Shown one piece after another: positions 9,189 to 19,254 of a stretch of DNA of 64,000 nucleotides (positions are counted from its first letter, which is position 1; each line of letters begins with the position of its first letter). The notes below the pieces were generated by a model. That model was not told the origin of the DNA. It made no database searches and worked only from the letters and a program-made list of their open reading frames with translations. The DNA is taken from positions 29,372 to 93,371 of the forward strand of contig SVRQ01000003.1 of NCBI GenBank assembly GCA_015064725.1, written 5' to 3'. This stretch comes from Oscillospiraceae bacterium. GTDB lineage: Bacteria; Bacillota; Clostridia; Oscillospirales; CAG-272. A program made the translations under genes and the position numbers.

Positions 9189-9554
9189 ATGAAATTTTTA
9201 AAAATAGACGGAATAATAGAAATCCCCGATGAAATGAATACAGACGACTTTATCGATTCATATATTGAATTTGTAGAAAAACATAACTGTTATTTCGGAG
9301 GAAGCTTTAATAATGTTACAGAACAAGAGCAAGCCCACAAATATTCCTCCAACCACAAAGAACAATTATTACATGACAATGTGTGCGGTTGTTTTCATTG
9401 TTTAAATATTTTTTCTCCCGAAAAAATAACGAATTGGCTGGGCGAGAAAACCGCTGTTTGTCCTTACTGCGGAATTGATGCGGTGATAGGCGAAAGCTCG
9501 GGCTCCCCGATAACAAAAGAATTTCTTGAAAAAATGAAAAAATATTGGTTTTAA
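9189..9554 (+). CDS. Hypothetical zinc-ribbon protein
   Basis: 121-aa ORF with GAGG RBS. C-terminal CGCFHC...(24 aa)...CPYCG four-Cys motif. Lower G+C than the flanks. Confidence 0.6.
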   Translation: MKFLKIDGIIEIPDEMNTDDFIDSYIEFVEKHNCYFGGSFNNVTEQEQAHKYSSNHKEQLLHDNVCGCFHCLNIFSPEKITNWLGEKTAVCPYCGIDAVIGESSGSPITKEFLEKMKKYWF

Positions 9555-9575
9555 CAATTACACAAGAGGCATCAT

Positions 9576-10217
9576 ATGAACATTCACGAAAAAATGCTTT
9601 CGGGAAAGCTTTATCTTCCCGGTGACGAAGACATTATGGCAGCGCAGACGCTCTGCCTTGAAAAATTATACGATTACAATGCCACACGCCCAAGCGAAGC
9701 AAAAAAAAGAGCAGAACTTCTTCGCGAAATGTTCGCAGAAATTGGCGAAGGATGTTACATAGAGCCTCCGCTTCATGCGAATTGGGGAGGTAAGCATTGT
9801 CACTTCGGCAAAAACGTTTACGCAAACTTTGGACTGACTCTCGTTGACGACGGAGAAATTTTCGTGGGCGACTTTACGATGCTCGCGCCAAACGTGATCC
9901 TTGCAACGGCAGGTCACCCGATACTTCCCGCACTGCGCGAAAAGGCTTTTCAGTATAACGCGCCCGTTCACATCGGCAATAATTGCTGGATAGGTGCGGG
10001 AGCCGTGGTGCTCCCCGGCGTAAGCGTGGGAGATAACTCCGTCATCGGCGCAGGTAGCGTTGTTACAAAGGATATTCCCGCGGGTGTTGTTGCAATTGGC
10101 AACCCCTGCCAAGTTTTGCGAAAGATAAACGAAAAAGACAGAGAATTTTATTTTAAAAACAGAAGGATAGACCTTTCTGACCCCGATTTATCGGTGGCTT
10201 TGGACGATATTAAGTAA
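9576..10217 (+). CDS. Maltose/galactoside-type sugar O-acetyltransferase (hexapeptide-repeat family)
   Basis: Maa/LacA-like N-terminal helix (MLSGKLY...), then left-handed beta-helix repeats [31 protein letters not shown]. Confidence 0.85.
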   Translation: MNIHEKMLSGKLYLPGDEDIMAAQTLCLEKLYDYNATRPSEAKKRAELLREMFAEIGEGCYIEPPLHANWGGKHCHFGKNVYANFGLTLVDDGEIFVGDFTMLAPNVILATAGHPILPALREKAFQYNAPVHIGNNCWIGAGAVVLPGVSVGDNSVIGAGSVVTKDIPAGVVAIGNPCQVLRKINEKDREFYFKNRRIDLSDPDLSVALDDIK

Positions 10218-10234
10218 TAAACCGAGGTAAACTT

Positions 10235-12151
10235 ATGAACGATTTTTTGCCCATTTCAAGAGAGGATATGGTAGCCCGCGGCTGGGACGAGGTGGATTTT
10301 GCCTATGTCATCGGCGACGCTTACGTTGACCATTCCTCCTTTGGTCCTGCGATAATCAGCAGACTTCTCGAAGCGCACGGCTACCGCGTGGGTATCATCT
10401 CCCAGCCCGATTGGAAAAACGACGAAAGCATCAATATTTTCGGGCGTCCGCGCCTTGGCTTCCTCGTTTCCGGCGGAAATATGGACTCGATGGTAAACCA
10501 TTACTCCGTTTCAAAAAAACGAAGAAGCACGGACGCTTTCACCCCCGGCGGCGTTATCGGCAAGCGCCCGGATTACGCAACGGTGGTATATTGCAATCTT
10601 ATTCGCCACACATACAAGGACGTGCCGATAATCATCGGCGGTATTGAAGCAAGCCTTCGCCGCCTTGCCCACTACGATTATTGGTCCGACAGCTTGAAGA
10701 GAAGTATTCTTCTCGATTCACAGGCGGACCTTATCTCCTACGGTATGGGCGAGCACAGCATCGTTGAAATAGCAGATGCGCTCGCAAGCGGTCTTGCCGT
10801 GAGCGACATCACGTTCATCGACGGCACTGTTTATAAGACAAAATCGCTCGAAGACGTTTACGATTACGAGCTCCTTCCCTCCTATGACGAGCTTAAAGCA
10901 AACAAAATAACTTATGCAAAGAGCTTTTACACGCAGTATTGCAACACAGACCCGTTTTCCGGCAAGCGCCTTGTAGAGCCTTACGACAAGAGCCGCTACG
11001 TTGTGCAAAATCCCCCTGCAAAGCCTCTTACGGAATCCGAAATGGACAGGGTCTACAGTCTGCCATATATGCGCGCATACCATCCGTCTTATGAGGCGGC
11101 AGGCGGTGTTCCCGCGATAACGGAAATAAAATTCAGCCTTGCAAGCTGCCGCGGATGCTTCGGCGGTTGCAGCTTTTGCGCACTCACGTTCCATCAAGGA
11201 AGAATTATACAATCGCGCAGTCATCAATCTCTCCTTATTGAAGCGGAAAAGATGACGCACGAGCCCGATTTCAAGGGGTATATCCACGACGTAGGCGGTC
11301 CGAGCGCAAACTTCCGCCATCCCTCCTGTGACAAGCAGCTCGAAAAAGGCGTTTGCAAAAACCGCCAATGCCTTTTTCCAAAGCCTTGCCCCAACCTCAA
11401 GGTAAGCCACAAAGATTACCTTTCTCTTCTTCGCAAAATGCGTGAGATCCCCGGTGTAAAAAAGGTGTTCATCCGTTCCGGTATCCGTTTTGACTACGTT
11501 ATGGCGGACAAAGACGATACGTTTGTAAAAGAGCTTTGTAAATATCACGTAAGCGGTCAGCTCAAAGTTGCTCCCGAGCACGTTTCGGACAAGGTGCTAT
11601 CCCTTATGGGTAAGCCGCAGAACAGCGTTTACCGCGCATTTATCGAAAAATACAAAAAGGTAAACGATGCCCTTGGTATGAAGCAATACGTTGTTCCCTA
11701 TCTTATGTCCTCACACCCCGGTTCTTCCCTTAAAGAAGCAATCGAGCTTGCGGAATACCTGCGCGACATCGGATATATGCCCGAGCAGGTTCAGGACTTT
11801 TATCCCACCCCCTCGACGATCTCAACTTGTATGTATTACACCGGCGTCGATCCGCGTAATATGCAACAAGTTTACGTTGCGCACAATCCGCACGAAAAAG
11901 CAATGCAGCGCGCGCTCATCCAATACCGCAACCCTGCAAACTATGCGCTTGTAGAAGAAGCTCTCAAAAAAGCAGGACGCGAGGACCTTATCGGCTTCGG
12001 TCCGAAATGCCTTATCCGCCCGCGCAAAAATCCTCCTAAAAAAGAGGAAATGCGCCCCTCTCAAGGCAAAAAAAGTGCGCCCGCCGCAAAGCAGAGCGCA
12101 AAAGGTGCAAAACCGCAGAGCCGAGCACCGCATGGAAAAACAAAGAGATAA
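10235..12151 (+). CDS. ygiQ: YgiQ-family (UPF0313) radical SAM protein
   Basis: Typical N-terminus [29 protein letters not shown]. Cluster motif [11 protein letters not shown]. Basic C-terminal tail. Confidence 0.9.
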   Translation: MNDFLPISREDMVARGWDEVDFAYVIGDAYVDHSSFGPAIISRLLEAHGYRVGIISQPDWKNDESINIFGRPRLGFLVSGGNMDSMVNHYSVSKKRRSTDAFTPGGVIGKRPDYATVVYCNLIRHTYKDVPIIIGGIEASLRRLAHYDYWSDSLKRSILLDSQADLISYGMGEHSIVEIADALASGLAVSDITFIDGTVYKTKSLEDVYDYELLPSYDELKANKITYAKSFYTQYCNTDPFSGKRLVEPYDKSRYVVQNPPAKPLTESEMDRVYSLPYMRAYHPSYEAAGGVPAITEIKFSLASCRGCFGGCSFCALTFHQGRIIQSRSHQSLLIEAEKMTHEPDFKGYIHDVGGPSANFRHPSCDKQLEKGVCKNRQCLFPKPCPNLKVSHKDYLSLLRKMREIPGVKKVFIRSGIRFDYVMADKDDTFVKELCKYHVSGQLKVAPEHVSDKVLSLMGKPQNSVYRAFIEKYKKVNDALGMKQYVVPYLMSSHPGSSLKEAIELAEYLRDIGYMPEQVQDFYPTPSTISTCMYYTGVDPRNMQQVYVAHNPHEKAMQRALIQYRNPANYALVEEALKKAGREDLIGFGPKCLIRPRKNPPKKEEMRPSQGKKSAPAAKQSAKGAKPQSRAPHGKTKR

Positions 12152-12195
12152 ATCATTTTAGTTAAAAATGCAATAAATCCTTCATAAATATAGCA

Positions 12196-12233
12196 AAACC
12201 CGATGAAATAATTTCATCGGGTTTGTGTTTTTT
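12196..12233 (+). terminator. Rho-independent terminator of ygiQ
   Basis: aaacccgatgaaat-a-atttcatcgggttt, a 14-bp stem followed by gtgtttttt. Confidence 0.85.
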
Positions 12234-12295
12234 CAAAATAAATATTCTCGGCAAGGGCATAAATTTACAGCCGTCTTATCCACTGCAATTACATT

Positions 12296-12760
12296 TTATA
12301 TAGACACAAGCATCAGCCAATCCGCAGGCATCATAAATACATACGGTGCCGTCGCAAAGGAAAATACAAGCGACAATTTTAATCTTATTTTTTTATCTTC
12401 TTTTTTAAACGTGATAAAATAATCAAAAAAGAAAATCATTACCGCGGAAATGATAACTGCAGGAACGGTCAAAAAAAGTTCCGTTCCGTGTCGAAAGAGC
12501 CTGAATCCCAAATGAAACATCAGCATATATGCAGCTCCTACGGCATAAGAAGCAAATCCGAAAGCGTACAGCTTGAATATATATTTTTTATACCATTGTT
12601 TTTTTGCGGGAACTTTCAATATAAGCAGAGCGAGCAAAAGGACGGCGCTGTTTACCGCAAAAGGAACAAGAATATCAAAAAGCCAAAGATTAGGGAAAAA
12701 CAACAATATCCAAGACGGCCAAGCAACACCGCAAAGCTTTACGTCGTTTTTGTTTTTCAT
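12296..12760 (-). CDS. Hypothetical polytopic membrane protein
   Basis: Start at MKNKNDVKLCG with GGAGGT RBS. Four to five hydrophobic helices. Confidence 0.65.
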   Translation of the reverse strand: MKNKNDVKLCGVAWPSWILLFFPNLWLFDILVPFAVNSAVLLLALLILKVPAKKQWYKKYIFKLYAFGFASYAVGAAYMLMFHLGFRLFRHGTELFLTVPAVIISAVMIFFFDYFITFKKEDKKIRLKLSLVFSFATAPYVFMMPADWLMLVSI

Positions 12761-12825
12761 TATAATACCTCCGCAATTTAATAAATCGGCAAAGAAATAT
12801 CTTTGCCGATTTAAGGTTTTGTTTT

Positions 12826-14250
12826 TTATTCTTTGCCGTCCCAGCAATACGTGCAGAGCTTGCACTTGGGAAGACCGATAGCTTTTACGATACCCTCAAG
12901 AGATTGGAACTCGAGAGATTTGAAGCCGAGATTTTCCGCAATGACGGAGCGAAGCTTCTTTCCGCGTTCCGTGTTGCTGTTGCTGTATTCGTCAAGGTGG
13001 TTAAATCCTTCCTCACCCTCAAGCTCCATAATGGTGCGTCTTGTAATAAGCTCCATTTCGCTGTTGGAGGAGGAGAAGTTAAGGTATTTGCAGCTATACA
13101 TAATAGGCGGGCAGGCAGAGCGCATATGGACCGCTTCCGCACCGTTGTCATAAAGGAAATCTACCGTTCCTTTAAGCTGCGTACCGCGAACTATGGAGTC
13201 ATCCACAAAGAGAAGATTTTTTCCCTTTATGAGGTCGTGGATGGGGATCTGCTTCATTTTCGCAACTCTGTTGCGCTCGTTCTGGTGAGTGGGGGTGAAG
13301 CTGCGCGACCACGTGGGAGTATATTTGATAAAGGGGCGCGCAAAAGGAATACCGCTTTTGTTAGCGTAACCGATAGCGTGGGGAGTACCGGAATCCGGCA
13401 CACCGCTTACGTATTCAACGCCCTGTGCGTTTTCCGCGGCTTTATCCTGCTCGGCAAGTATCTCGCCGTTGCGGTAACGCATCATTTCTACGTTCACGCC
13501 CTCGTAAGTGGAGGTAGAATAGCCGTAATACGTCCAAAGGAAAGAGCAGATGCGCATTTCCTTGCCTGCGGGCGAAAGCTCCTTTACCTCGTCCGCCGTG
13601 ATCTCCACGATCTCGCCGGGGCCAAGCTCCTTGTATATTTCATAATCAAGCTTTTGGCTTGCAAAGGACTCAAACGTTACGCAGTATCCGTCCTCGCTCT
13701 TGCCGATAATAACGGGAAGTCTGCCGAGCTTATCGCGCGCGGCGATAATAGCGCCGTTATCCTTGAGGATGAGGATGGACGCCGTGCCCTCTATAGACTC
13801 CTGAGCGAATTTAATTCCCTCTGCAAAATCACCCTTTTGGTTGATCAGCGAAGCGATAAGCTCTGTAGAATTGATATTTCCGCCCGTCATTGCACTGAAA
13901 TGACCGTGCGTAAAAGAAAGGTATTGATCTATAAGCTTGTCCGCATTATTTATGATGCCTATCATACAGATGGCGTACGTTCCGAGAGTGGAACGAATTA
14001 TCATCGGCTGGGGATCGTAATCGCTGATACAGCCGATGGCGGAATTACCGTGCATCTCATCAAAAATTTTATCGAACTTCGTTCTGAAGGGAGAGTTCTG
14101 GATATTATGTATATCTCTCTGAAGTCCAACGTCCGGCGCATATGCCGCCATACCGCCGCGGCGTGTGCCGAGGTGGGAATGGTAGTCCGTACCGAAAAAC
14201 ACGTCTGAAATTACATCGCGCTTACAAACAGCGCCAAAAAAACCGCCCAT
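12826..14250 (-). CDS. Amidophosphoribosyltransferase-family protein (PurF paralog lacking the Cys1 nucleophile)
   Basis: Ntn-amidotransferase-like N-domain, but the N-terminus is MGGFFGAV, not MCG. PRPP-binding loop LLFVDDSIVRGTQLK. C-terminal Cys cluster CKLCTYCWDG. Confidence 0.8.
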   Translation of the reverse strand: MGGFFGAVCKRDVISDVFFGTDYHSHLGTRRGGMAAYAPDVGLQRDIHNIQNSPFRTKFDKIFDEMHGNSAIGCISDYDPQPMIIRSTLGTYAICMIGIINNADKLIDQYLSFTHGHFSAMTGGNINSTELIASLINQKGDFAEGIKFAQESIEGTASILILKDNGAIIAARDKLGRLPVIIGKSEDGYCVTFESFASQKLDYEIYKELGPGEIVEITADEVKELSPAGKEMRICSFLWTYYGYSTSTYEGVNVEMMRYRNGEILAEQDKAAENAQGVEYVSGVPDSGTPHAIGYANKSGIPFARPFIKYTPTWSRSFTPTHQNERNRVAKMKQIPIHDLIKGKNLLFVDDSIVRGTQLKGTVDFLYDNGAEAVHMRSACPPIMYSCKYLNFSSSNSEMELITRRTIMELEGEEGFNHLDEYSNSNTERGKKLRSVIAENLGFKSLEFQSLEGIVKAIGLPKCKLCTYCWDGKE

Positions 14251-14441
14251 AAAAGCCTCCGTTTGCTTTGTATAAAGCCAAATAGAAAAAGTACGTAAAT
14301 ATTATATCACAACACAAAAAAAGCTGTCAATAACCAAAAGAAAATACCGTCAAAAAAACGAAAAAACGCTTTTTACCAAAGCATTTTTATGGCATTATTT
14401 CGAGTAATATCGCGTAAATTTCTTGAATACAAAATAAGTTT

Positions 14442-15074
14442 ATGATATTATATTATTTACAGAGAACATTTTTTTCGGAAAGAACGGTGATTTTTTTGGT
14501 ACGTTCGCTCAAAGAGATACGAAAATATCTTGACAAAAATAAAAAAGAAATAGAATACGACGGCGAAGGCAGGGCTGTTATAGAGCTTCGCGTGCTGGAT
14601 GACAGCGCGTTCCTCTCCCCTTACAGCACGGCGCGTCATAATATCATTTCGGAAGAGGTCTCCGATTTTATAGAGCACAGCCTGCGCGGTGTTCCGCACG
14701 AAAAAGCGGTGCATTTTTGCATACACAGCGACGTTATTACTCCCGAAGAGCAGCGCGAATACACAAAAGCTATACACAGCCACTATGCGGATAAATACTC
14801 GGATTCGCGTATGGAAAAGAAGCATCTGCACAGAATGGCGGCGATAATGACACTCGTTGCGGTGATAGCGCTCTCTCTCATAATCGGATTTGATGCGAAA
14901 GGCCTAAGGAACGAGGTCTTCACGGAAATAGTGGATATTTTCGCGTGGGTATTTATGTGGGAGGCCGTGGATATATTCTTCCTGCAATGTACGCTTCTGC
15001 GTTTCAAACAGCAAAGGTATCTCCGCCTTGCGGACAGCAAGATAGAGTTCCTTCCCCTTTCAAAAGGCAAATAA
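14442..15074 (+). CDS. Hypothetical membrane protein (start uncertain; in-frame GTG 14487 and TTG 14496 are alternatives)
   Basis: 210-aa ORF, a soluble N-half then two TM helices (AAIMTLVAVIALSLIIGF, IFAWVFMWEAVDIFFL). Confidence 0.5.
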   Translation: MILYYLQRTFFSERTVIFLVRSLKEIRKYLDKNKKEIEYDGEGRAVIELRVLDDSAFLSPYSTARHNIISEEVSDFIEHSLRGVPHEKAVHFCIHSDVITPEEQREYTKAIHSHYADKYSDSRMEKKHLHRMAAIMTLVAVIALSLIIGFDAKGLRNEVFTEIVDIFAWVFMWEAVDIFFLQCTLLRFKQQRYLRLADSKIEFLPLSKGK

Positions 15075-15103
15075 CGGATACATATAATTACGGAGGAATT
15101 TTT

Positions 15104-15883
15104 ATGAAAACCATAGCAGTTATAACGGGTGCTTCCAAGGGCATCGGCAAAGAATTTGCCGATAGGATAGCCGAATACGGCAAGGTTGACGAGGTATGGG
15201 CAATAGCAAGGAGCGCGGATAAGCTTGAAGCCCTCAAAGAAAGCGTACCGTACCCCGTGCGCCCCATCGCGCTAGACCTTTCGAGAGAAGAAAGCTTCAG
15301 GGAATACGCTTCCCTTCTCCGGGAGGAAAAGCCATTTATAAAGCTGCTTATAAATTGCAGCGGCTTTGGCAAATTCGGCGCAGTAACGGACGTGCCTACA
15401 AGCGAAAACCTCAATATGATAAGCCTTAACTGCGCAGCTCTCACCGCAATAACGCAAGAGTCGCTTCCCTATATGGGAAAAGGCTCCGACGTTATACAGA
15501 TCGCAAGCGTTGCCGCTTACCAGCCCATCCCCTATATCGGCGTTTACGGCGCAACGAAAGCGTACGTGCTAAGCTTCTCCCGCGCGCTGAACCGCGAGGT
15601 AAAGGGAAAAGGCATCCACGTTATGGCTGTCTGCCCTTTTTGGACGAAAACGGAGTTTTTCAACCGCGCCATTAACAAGGATGACGGCAAAGTAATAGTA
15701 AAAAAATATGCGGCTATGTACATGCCTTCTCAGATAGTTGGCAAGGCATACCGCGATATAAAGAAGAAAAACAAAGACGTAAGTATGTACGGCTTCGTTG
15801 CCAACGCGCAAACCCTTGCAACAAAGATATTGCCGCACAAGCTTATTATGAGCTTCTGGCAGAGCCAACAAAAACTGAAATGA
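15104..15883 (+). CDS. SDR-family oxidoreductase
   Basis: TGASKGIGKEF Rossmann motif and catalytic YGATKAY. GGAGG RBS before the ATG at 15104. Confidence 0.85.
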   Translation: MKTIAVITGASKGIGKEFADRIAEYGKVDEVWAIARSADKLEALKESVPYPVRPIALDLSREESFREYASLLREEKPFIKLLINCSGFGKFGAVTDVPTSENLNMISLNCAALTAITQESLPYMGKGSDVIQIASVAAYQPIPYIGVYGATKAYVLSFSRALNREVKGKGIHVMAVCPFWTKTEFFNRAINKDDGKVIVKKYAAMYMPSQIVGKAYRDIKKKNKDVSMYGFVANAQTLATKILPHKLIMSFWQSQQKLK

Positions 15884-16788
15884 ACGTAAAAGAGCTTTAT
15901 TCAAGCTGCACTCTCTGCCCGCGCGAGTGCAGAGTAAACAGAAACAAAGGGCAAATCGGCAGGTGCGGTATGACAGCAGAACTGAAAGCAGCGCGCGCCG
16001 CGCTCCATATGTGGGAAGAGCCGCCGATTTCGGGCAAAAACGGCTCGGGAACGGTATTTTTCTCCGGCTGTCCGCTTTCCTGCGTATTTTGCCAAAACTC
16101 CGAGATCTCCCGCGATGCGGACGGAAAATATATAGACAGCTCCCGCCTTGCGGAAATTTTTCTGGAGCTTCAGGCTATGGGTGCGCACAACATAAACCTT
16201 GTAACACCCACGCACTTTGTGCCGCATATAACAGAAGCACTCGATAAAGCAAAAAAAGAGGGGCTTACCCTCCCCGTTCTTTACAACTGCGGCGGCTATG
16301 AAAGCGCCGAAACGCTTCGTCTTTTGCGCGGATATATAGATATTTACCTGCCGGATTTCAAATATTGGAGCTCGGATATTGCCGCAAAATATTCCCGTTG
16401 CCGCGATTACAGGGAAAAAGCGCAGGAAGCGCTTGCGGAAATGGTGACCCAAACAGGGCCTCCCGTTTTCGACGAAAGCGGAATTATGAAGCGCGGTACC
16501 GTTGTGCGCCATCTTGTGCTTCCCGGGAACACAGCGGATTCCATTAAGGTAATAGAATATCTTCATAAAACATACGGCAACAAGATATACATAAGTATCA
16601 TGAGCCAATATACCCCCATGGAAGGAATAAAAGAGCATTTTCCCGAACTTGCGCGAAAGCTTACAAAGTATGAATACGATAAGGTCTTAAGATTTGCCGC
16701 CGACATCGGCGTAACTCAGGGCTTTACGCAGTACGGAAGCGCCGCCGCAGAAAGCTTCATTCCGAAATTCGACCATACGGGCGTGTGA
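15880..16788 (+). CDS. Radical SAM protein (PflX-like activating-enzyme family)
   Basis: CPLSCVFCQN CxxxCxxC motif plus N-terminal CTLCPRECRVNR...GRCG auxiliary cysteines. ATGA start/stop overlap with the SDR gene. Confidence 0.8.
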   Translation: MNVKELYSSCTLCPRECRVNRNKGQIGRCGMTAELKAARAALHMWEEPPISGKNGSGTVFFSGCPLSCVFCQNSEISRDADGKYIDSSRLAEIFLELQAMGAHNINLVTPTHFVPHITEALDKAKKEGLTLPVLYNCGGYESAETLRLLRGYIDIYLPDFKYWSSDIAAKYSRCRDYREKAQEALAEMVTQTGPPVFDESGIMKRGTVVRHLVLPGNTADSIKVIEYLHKTYGNKIYISIMSQYTPMEGIKEHFPELARKLTKYEYDKVLRFAADIGVTQGFTQYGSAAAESFIPKFDHTGV

Positions 16789-16855
16789 TAAAGCAGTCCG
16801 TGTCCGCTTCAAAAAACTCTATTGAACCGCGCGAGCATCGCGTGGTTTATTATAC

Positions 16856-16892
16856 AAAAAAACTCCTCCGTATCAAACGGAGGAGTTTTTTG
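16856..16892 (+). terminator. Rho-independent terminator (overlaps the convergent marR-family 3' end)
   Basis: aaaactcctccg-tatcaaa-cggaggagtttt followed by ttg. Confidence 0.75.
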
Positions 16893-17385
16893 TATTCATT
16901 ATTTTTGCTTCGCCTTTTTCAACAAATTCCTGCTCGCGCTCCTTTGCGATCCTTGCAAGGTTTGCGTGCAAACGTTCGAGAATGGAGTAAAAGACCTCCA
17001 GCTCCTCATCGCTGACACCTATATCAGCCTTGTTTTGTATTTCCATAGCCTCGTGCCAGATAACACGTGCAAGAGCCCTGCCCTTTTCCGTAAGCACAAG
17101 GCGCGTATTATAATTTCTGCGGGTGCCCGTACAGCCAACGTATTCTATATATCCGTCGGAGCAAAGCTCCGCTATCTCGCGCGAAACAAGGGAGCGATCC
17201 ACCTGTCTGTTCGCGGCGATCTCCGTTGCCGTAAGCCCTTCGGGATGTGCGTAAAGATTATATATCCAAAAAACGTGAACGCTTTTTATTCCAAGGTACG
17301 GCACGGTATCTATCTTTATTTTGTGAATGACCTTTGAAATATTATCAATAAGAAGTGTAAATCTGCCAAATCGTTCGAGTTCCAT
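16873..17385 (-). CDS. MarR-family transcriptional regulator
   Basis: Start at MELERFGRF. Winged-HTH region LTATEIAANRQVDRSLVSREIAELCSDGYI...RRNYNTRLVLTEKG. Confidence 0.8.
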   Translation of the reverse strand: MELERFGRFTLLIDNISKVIHKIKIDTVPYLGIKSVHVFWIYNLYAHPEGLTATEIAANRQVDRSLVSREIAELCSDGYIEYVGCTGTRRNYNTRLVLTEKGRALARVIWHEAMEIQNKADIGVSDEELEVFYSILERLHANLARIAKEREQEFVEKGEAKIMNTKNSSV

Positions 17386-17465
17386 ATTTTCTCCGTAATG
17401 TTTTTGTACTTCATAAATTATATAATTTTTTCGGGGAAATGTCAATATCCCAAGAGAAAACCAAC

Positions 17466-19166
17466 TCAATCTATTGTTTTGTCTATTTTGAACCTCTGTA
17501 TCTTGCGAAGGGTGTTTTTGGGGAAATCCTCCGTTCTTACTTTAAGAATGCCTACCTTCTTGTAAGGAACGGCTATTCTGTTATATTCATCGATATATTT
17601 CTGCATATGAGCGTGCATATCCTCCACCCCGTTTGCCTTGCAGTATTCCGCATCGGGGAAAATTTCCAGAACGATGGCATTGTGCTCAAGTCCTCTTGCG
17701 CTCTGCCCCTCGTAAACGATGGCATCCTGCACACCGGGGACGGCGGCAAACACCTTTTCTATCTCTTCGGGGTAAACGTTCTTACCGTTAGAAAGAATGA
17801 TAAGATTTTTAAGTCTGCCCGTAATATAGAGCGCACCGTCGCTGTCAAGCCTTCCGAAGTCACCCGTTCTGAAATATCCTTCTTCGTCGAAAACGTCGGC
17901 CGTTGCCGCTTCATCACGGTAGTATCCAAGCATTACGTTCGGACCTTTAACGCGGATCTCTCCCTCTCCGTTGTCGTTGGGGTCCGCTATTTTTACTTCA
18001 TCTGAGGGGAGAACGAAGCCAACGCTTCCCTTTACCTGTTTTTTGTTACGGTTTACGGAGATCAGGGGGGCGCACTCCGTAATACCGTAACCGTTGATAA
18101 CGGTGACACCCCATGCATCAAACGCATCTATAAGCTCCTGGCTTATGGGCGCACCACCGGAAATAACAAACTGCAATTTGCCGCCGAATGCTTCAAGAAT
18201 ATCCTTGAAGAATACGCGGCGCCTATCTATGCCGACTTTACGAAGACCGTTGCTGACCTTCATCATATTCGCAACAACAGCTTCCTTGCCCTTATCCTTG
18301 ATATTCGCCATTATCTTGCGGTAAAAGGTCTCAAGATATAGCGGTACGAGAACAAGGTGGGTAGGTTTTTCGGCTTTAAGCTCCTTGAGAACGTAGCGTG
18401 TGCCCATAGAAAGGTAAAGCTCCGCGCCCTTGGAAAGATGACCCAGCACGTTTATCGTTGAACCGAACGTATGGTGAAGCGGCAAAAGCGCAATGGATTT
18501 TTCCGTAACGTCGATATATTTAAGACCTTCCGCTATATTGGAAAGGAGCATCTTCTGCGTAAGCATAACGCCCTTGCCCTTGCCCGTGGTTCCCGAGGTG
18601 AAAACGATTATCGCAAGCGCATTCGGGTCAAGCTTGTTTTCAAAATAGGAGTTATCGCCCTCTTCATACTTTGTGCCGCCCGCGAAGATAAGTTCCTTGA
18701 GTCTTTCTTTGCCATCCGTTGACTTACCGTTGAGCAGGATGTGCTCCTTGATATTTGCCTGTTCGAGAATAGCAGATGCCTTTTCTTCCATTTCGCGGTC
18801 GCAGAAAAGATATTCGCACTCCGCAAAAGCGGCTGTGCTTGCAAGGTCGGACGGCTCCCATTCCGCGTCAAGCGGAACGATGACAGCACCGGCGGAAATG
18901 AGCGCAAGATAAGAGCATATCCAATTATATGACATCTTACCCGTGACTACAACGTGCTTACCTGTATAGCCGCGCGCAATAAGCTCCGTTCCGAGCGCAC
19001 AAACGTCCTCGCCAAGTTGTTTATAGGAAATTTTTACGGTTTCTTTATCTTTAATATTTTTTCTGTAGGAATATGCAGTCTTGCCTGCATACTTTTTGGA
19101 ACAATCTGCAACGAGTTCGCGCATATTTGCATATTCGACCGAGGGATTTAAAGCGTAGTTTTTCAT
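17466..19166 (-). CDS. AMP-dependent synthetase / long-chain fatty-acid-CoA ligase
   Basis: AMP-binding motif FTSGTTGKGKGVMLTQ, then GYGITE..., YFRTGDFG, GRLKNLIILSNGKNVYPEEIE. Confidence 0.85.
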   Translation of the reverse strand: MKNYALNPSVEYANMRELVADCSKKYAGKTAYSYRKNIKDKETVKISYKQLGEDVCALGTELIARGYTGKHVVVTGKMSYNWICSYLALISAGAVIVPLDAEWEPSDLASTAAFAECEYLFCDREMEEKASAILEQANIKEHILLNGKSTDGKERLKELIFAGGTKYEEGDNSYFENKLDPNALAIIVFTSGTTGKGKGVMLTQKMLLSNIAEGLKYIDVTEKSIALLPLHHTFGSTINVLGHLSKGAELYLSMGTRYVLKELKAEKPTHLVLVPLYLETFYRKIMANIKDKGKEAVVANMMKVSNGLRKVGIDRRRVFFKDILEAFGGKLQFVISGGAPISQELIDAFDAWGVTVINGYGITECAPLISVNRNKKQVKGSVGFVLPSDEVKIADPNDNGEGEIRVKGPNVMLGYYRDEAATADVFDEEGYFRTGDFGRLDSDGALYITGRLKNLIILSNGKNVYPEEIEKVFAAVPGVQDAIVYEGQSARGLEHNAIVLEIFPDAEYCKANGVEDMHAHMQKYIDEYNRIAVPYKKVGILKVRTEDFPKNTLRKIQRFKIDKTID

Positions 19167-19194
19167 AACACGTTTCTCCGTTCTTTTAAATTTT

Positions 19195-19254
19195 GTTTAC
19201 CTGTCAACATTCATTATTTTTATTATAGCATAATTATGTTTACTTGTCAACATT
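19195..19254 (-). promoter_or_regulatory. Two direct 17-nt repeats (candidate MarR operator pair) bracketing the ligase promoter
   Basis: gtttacctgtcaacatt (19195-19211) and gtttacttgtcaacatt (19238-19254), 16/17 identical. Confidence 0.5.
19222..19250 (-). promoter_or_regulatory. Consensus SigA promoter for the ligase-marR unit
   Basis: Minus strand reads TTGACA - 17 nt - TATAAT. The -35 overlaps the cca stop codon. Confidence 0.65.

Noticed and set aside
12904-14208. 434-aa plus-strand ORF opposite the purF-like gene
   Set aside because: Shadow ORF. The opposite frame carries the PRPP loop and full family colinearity.
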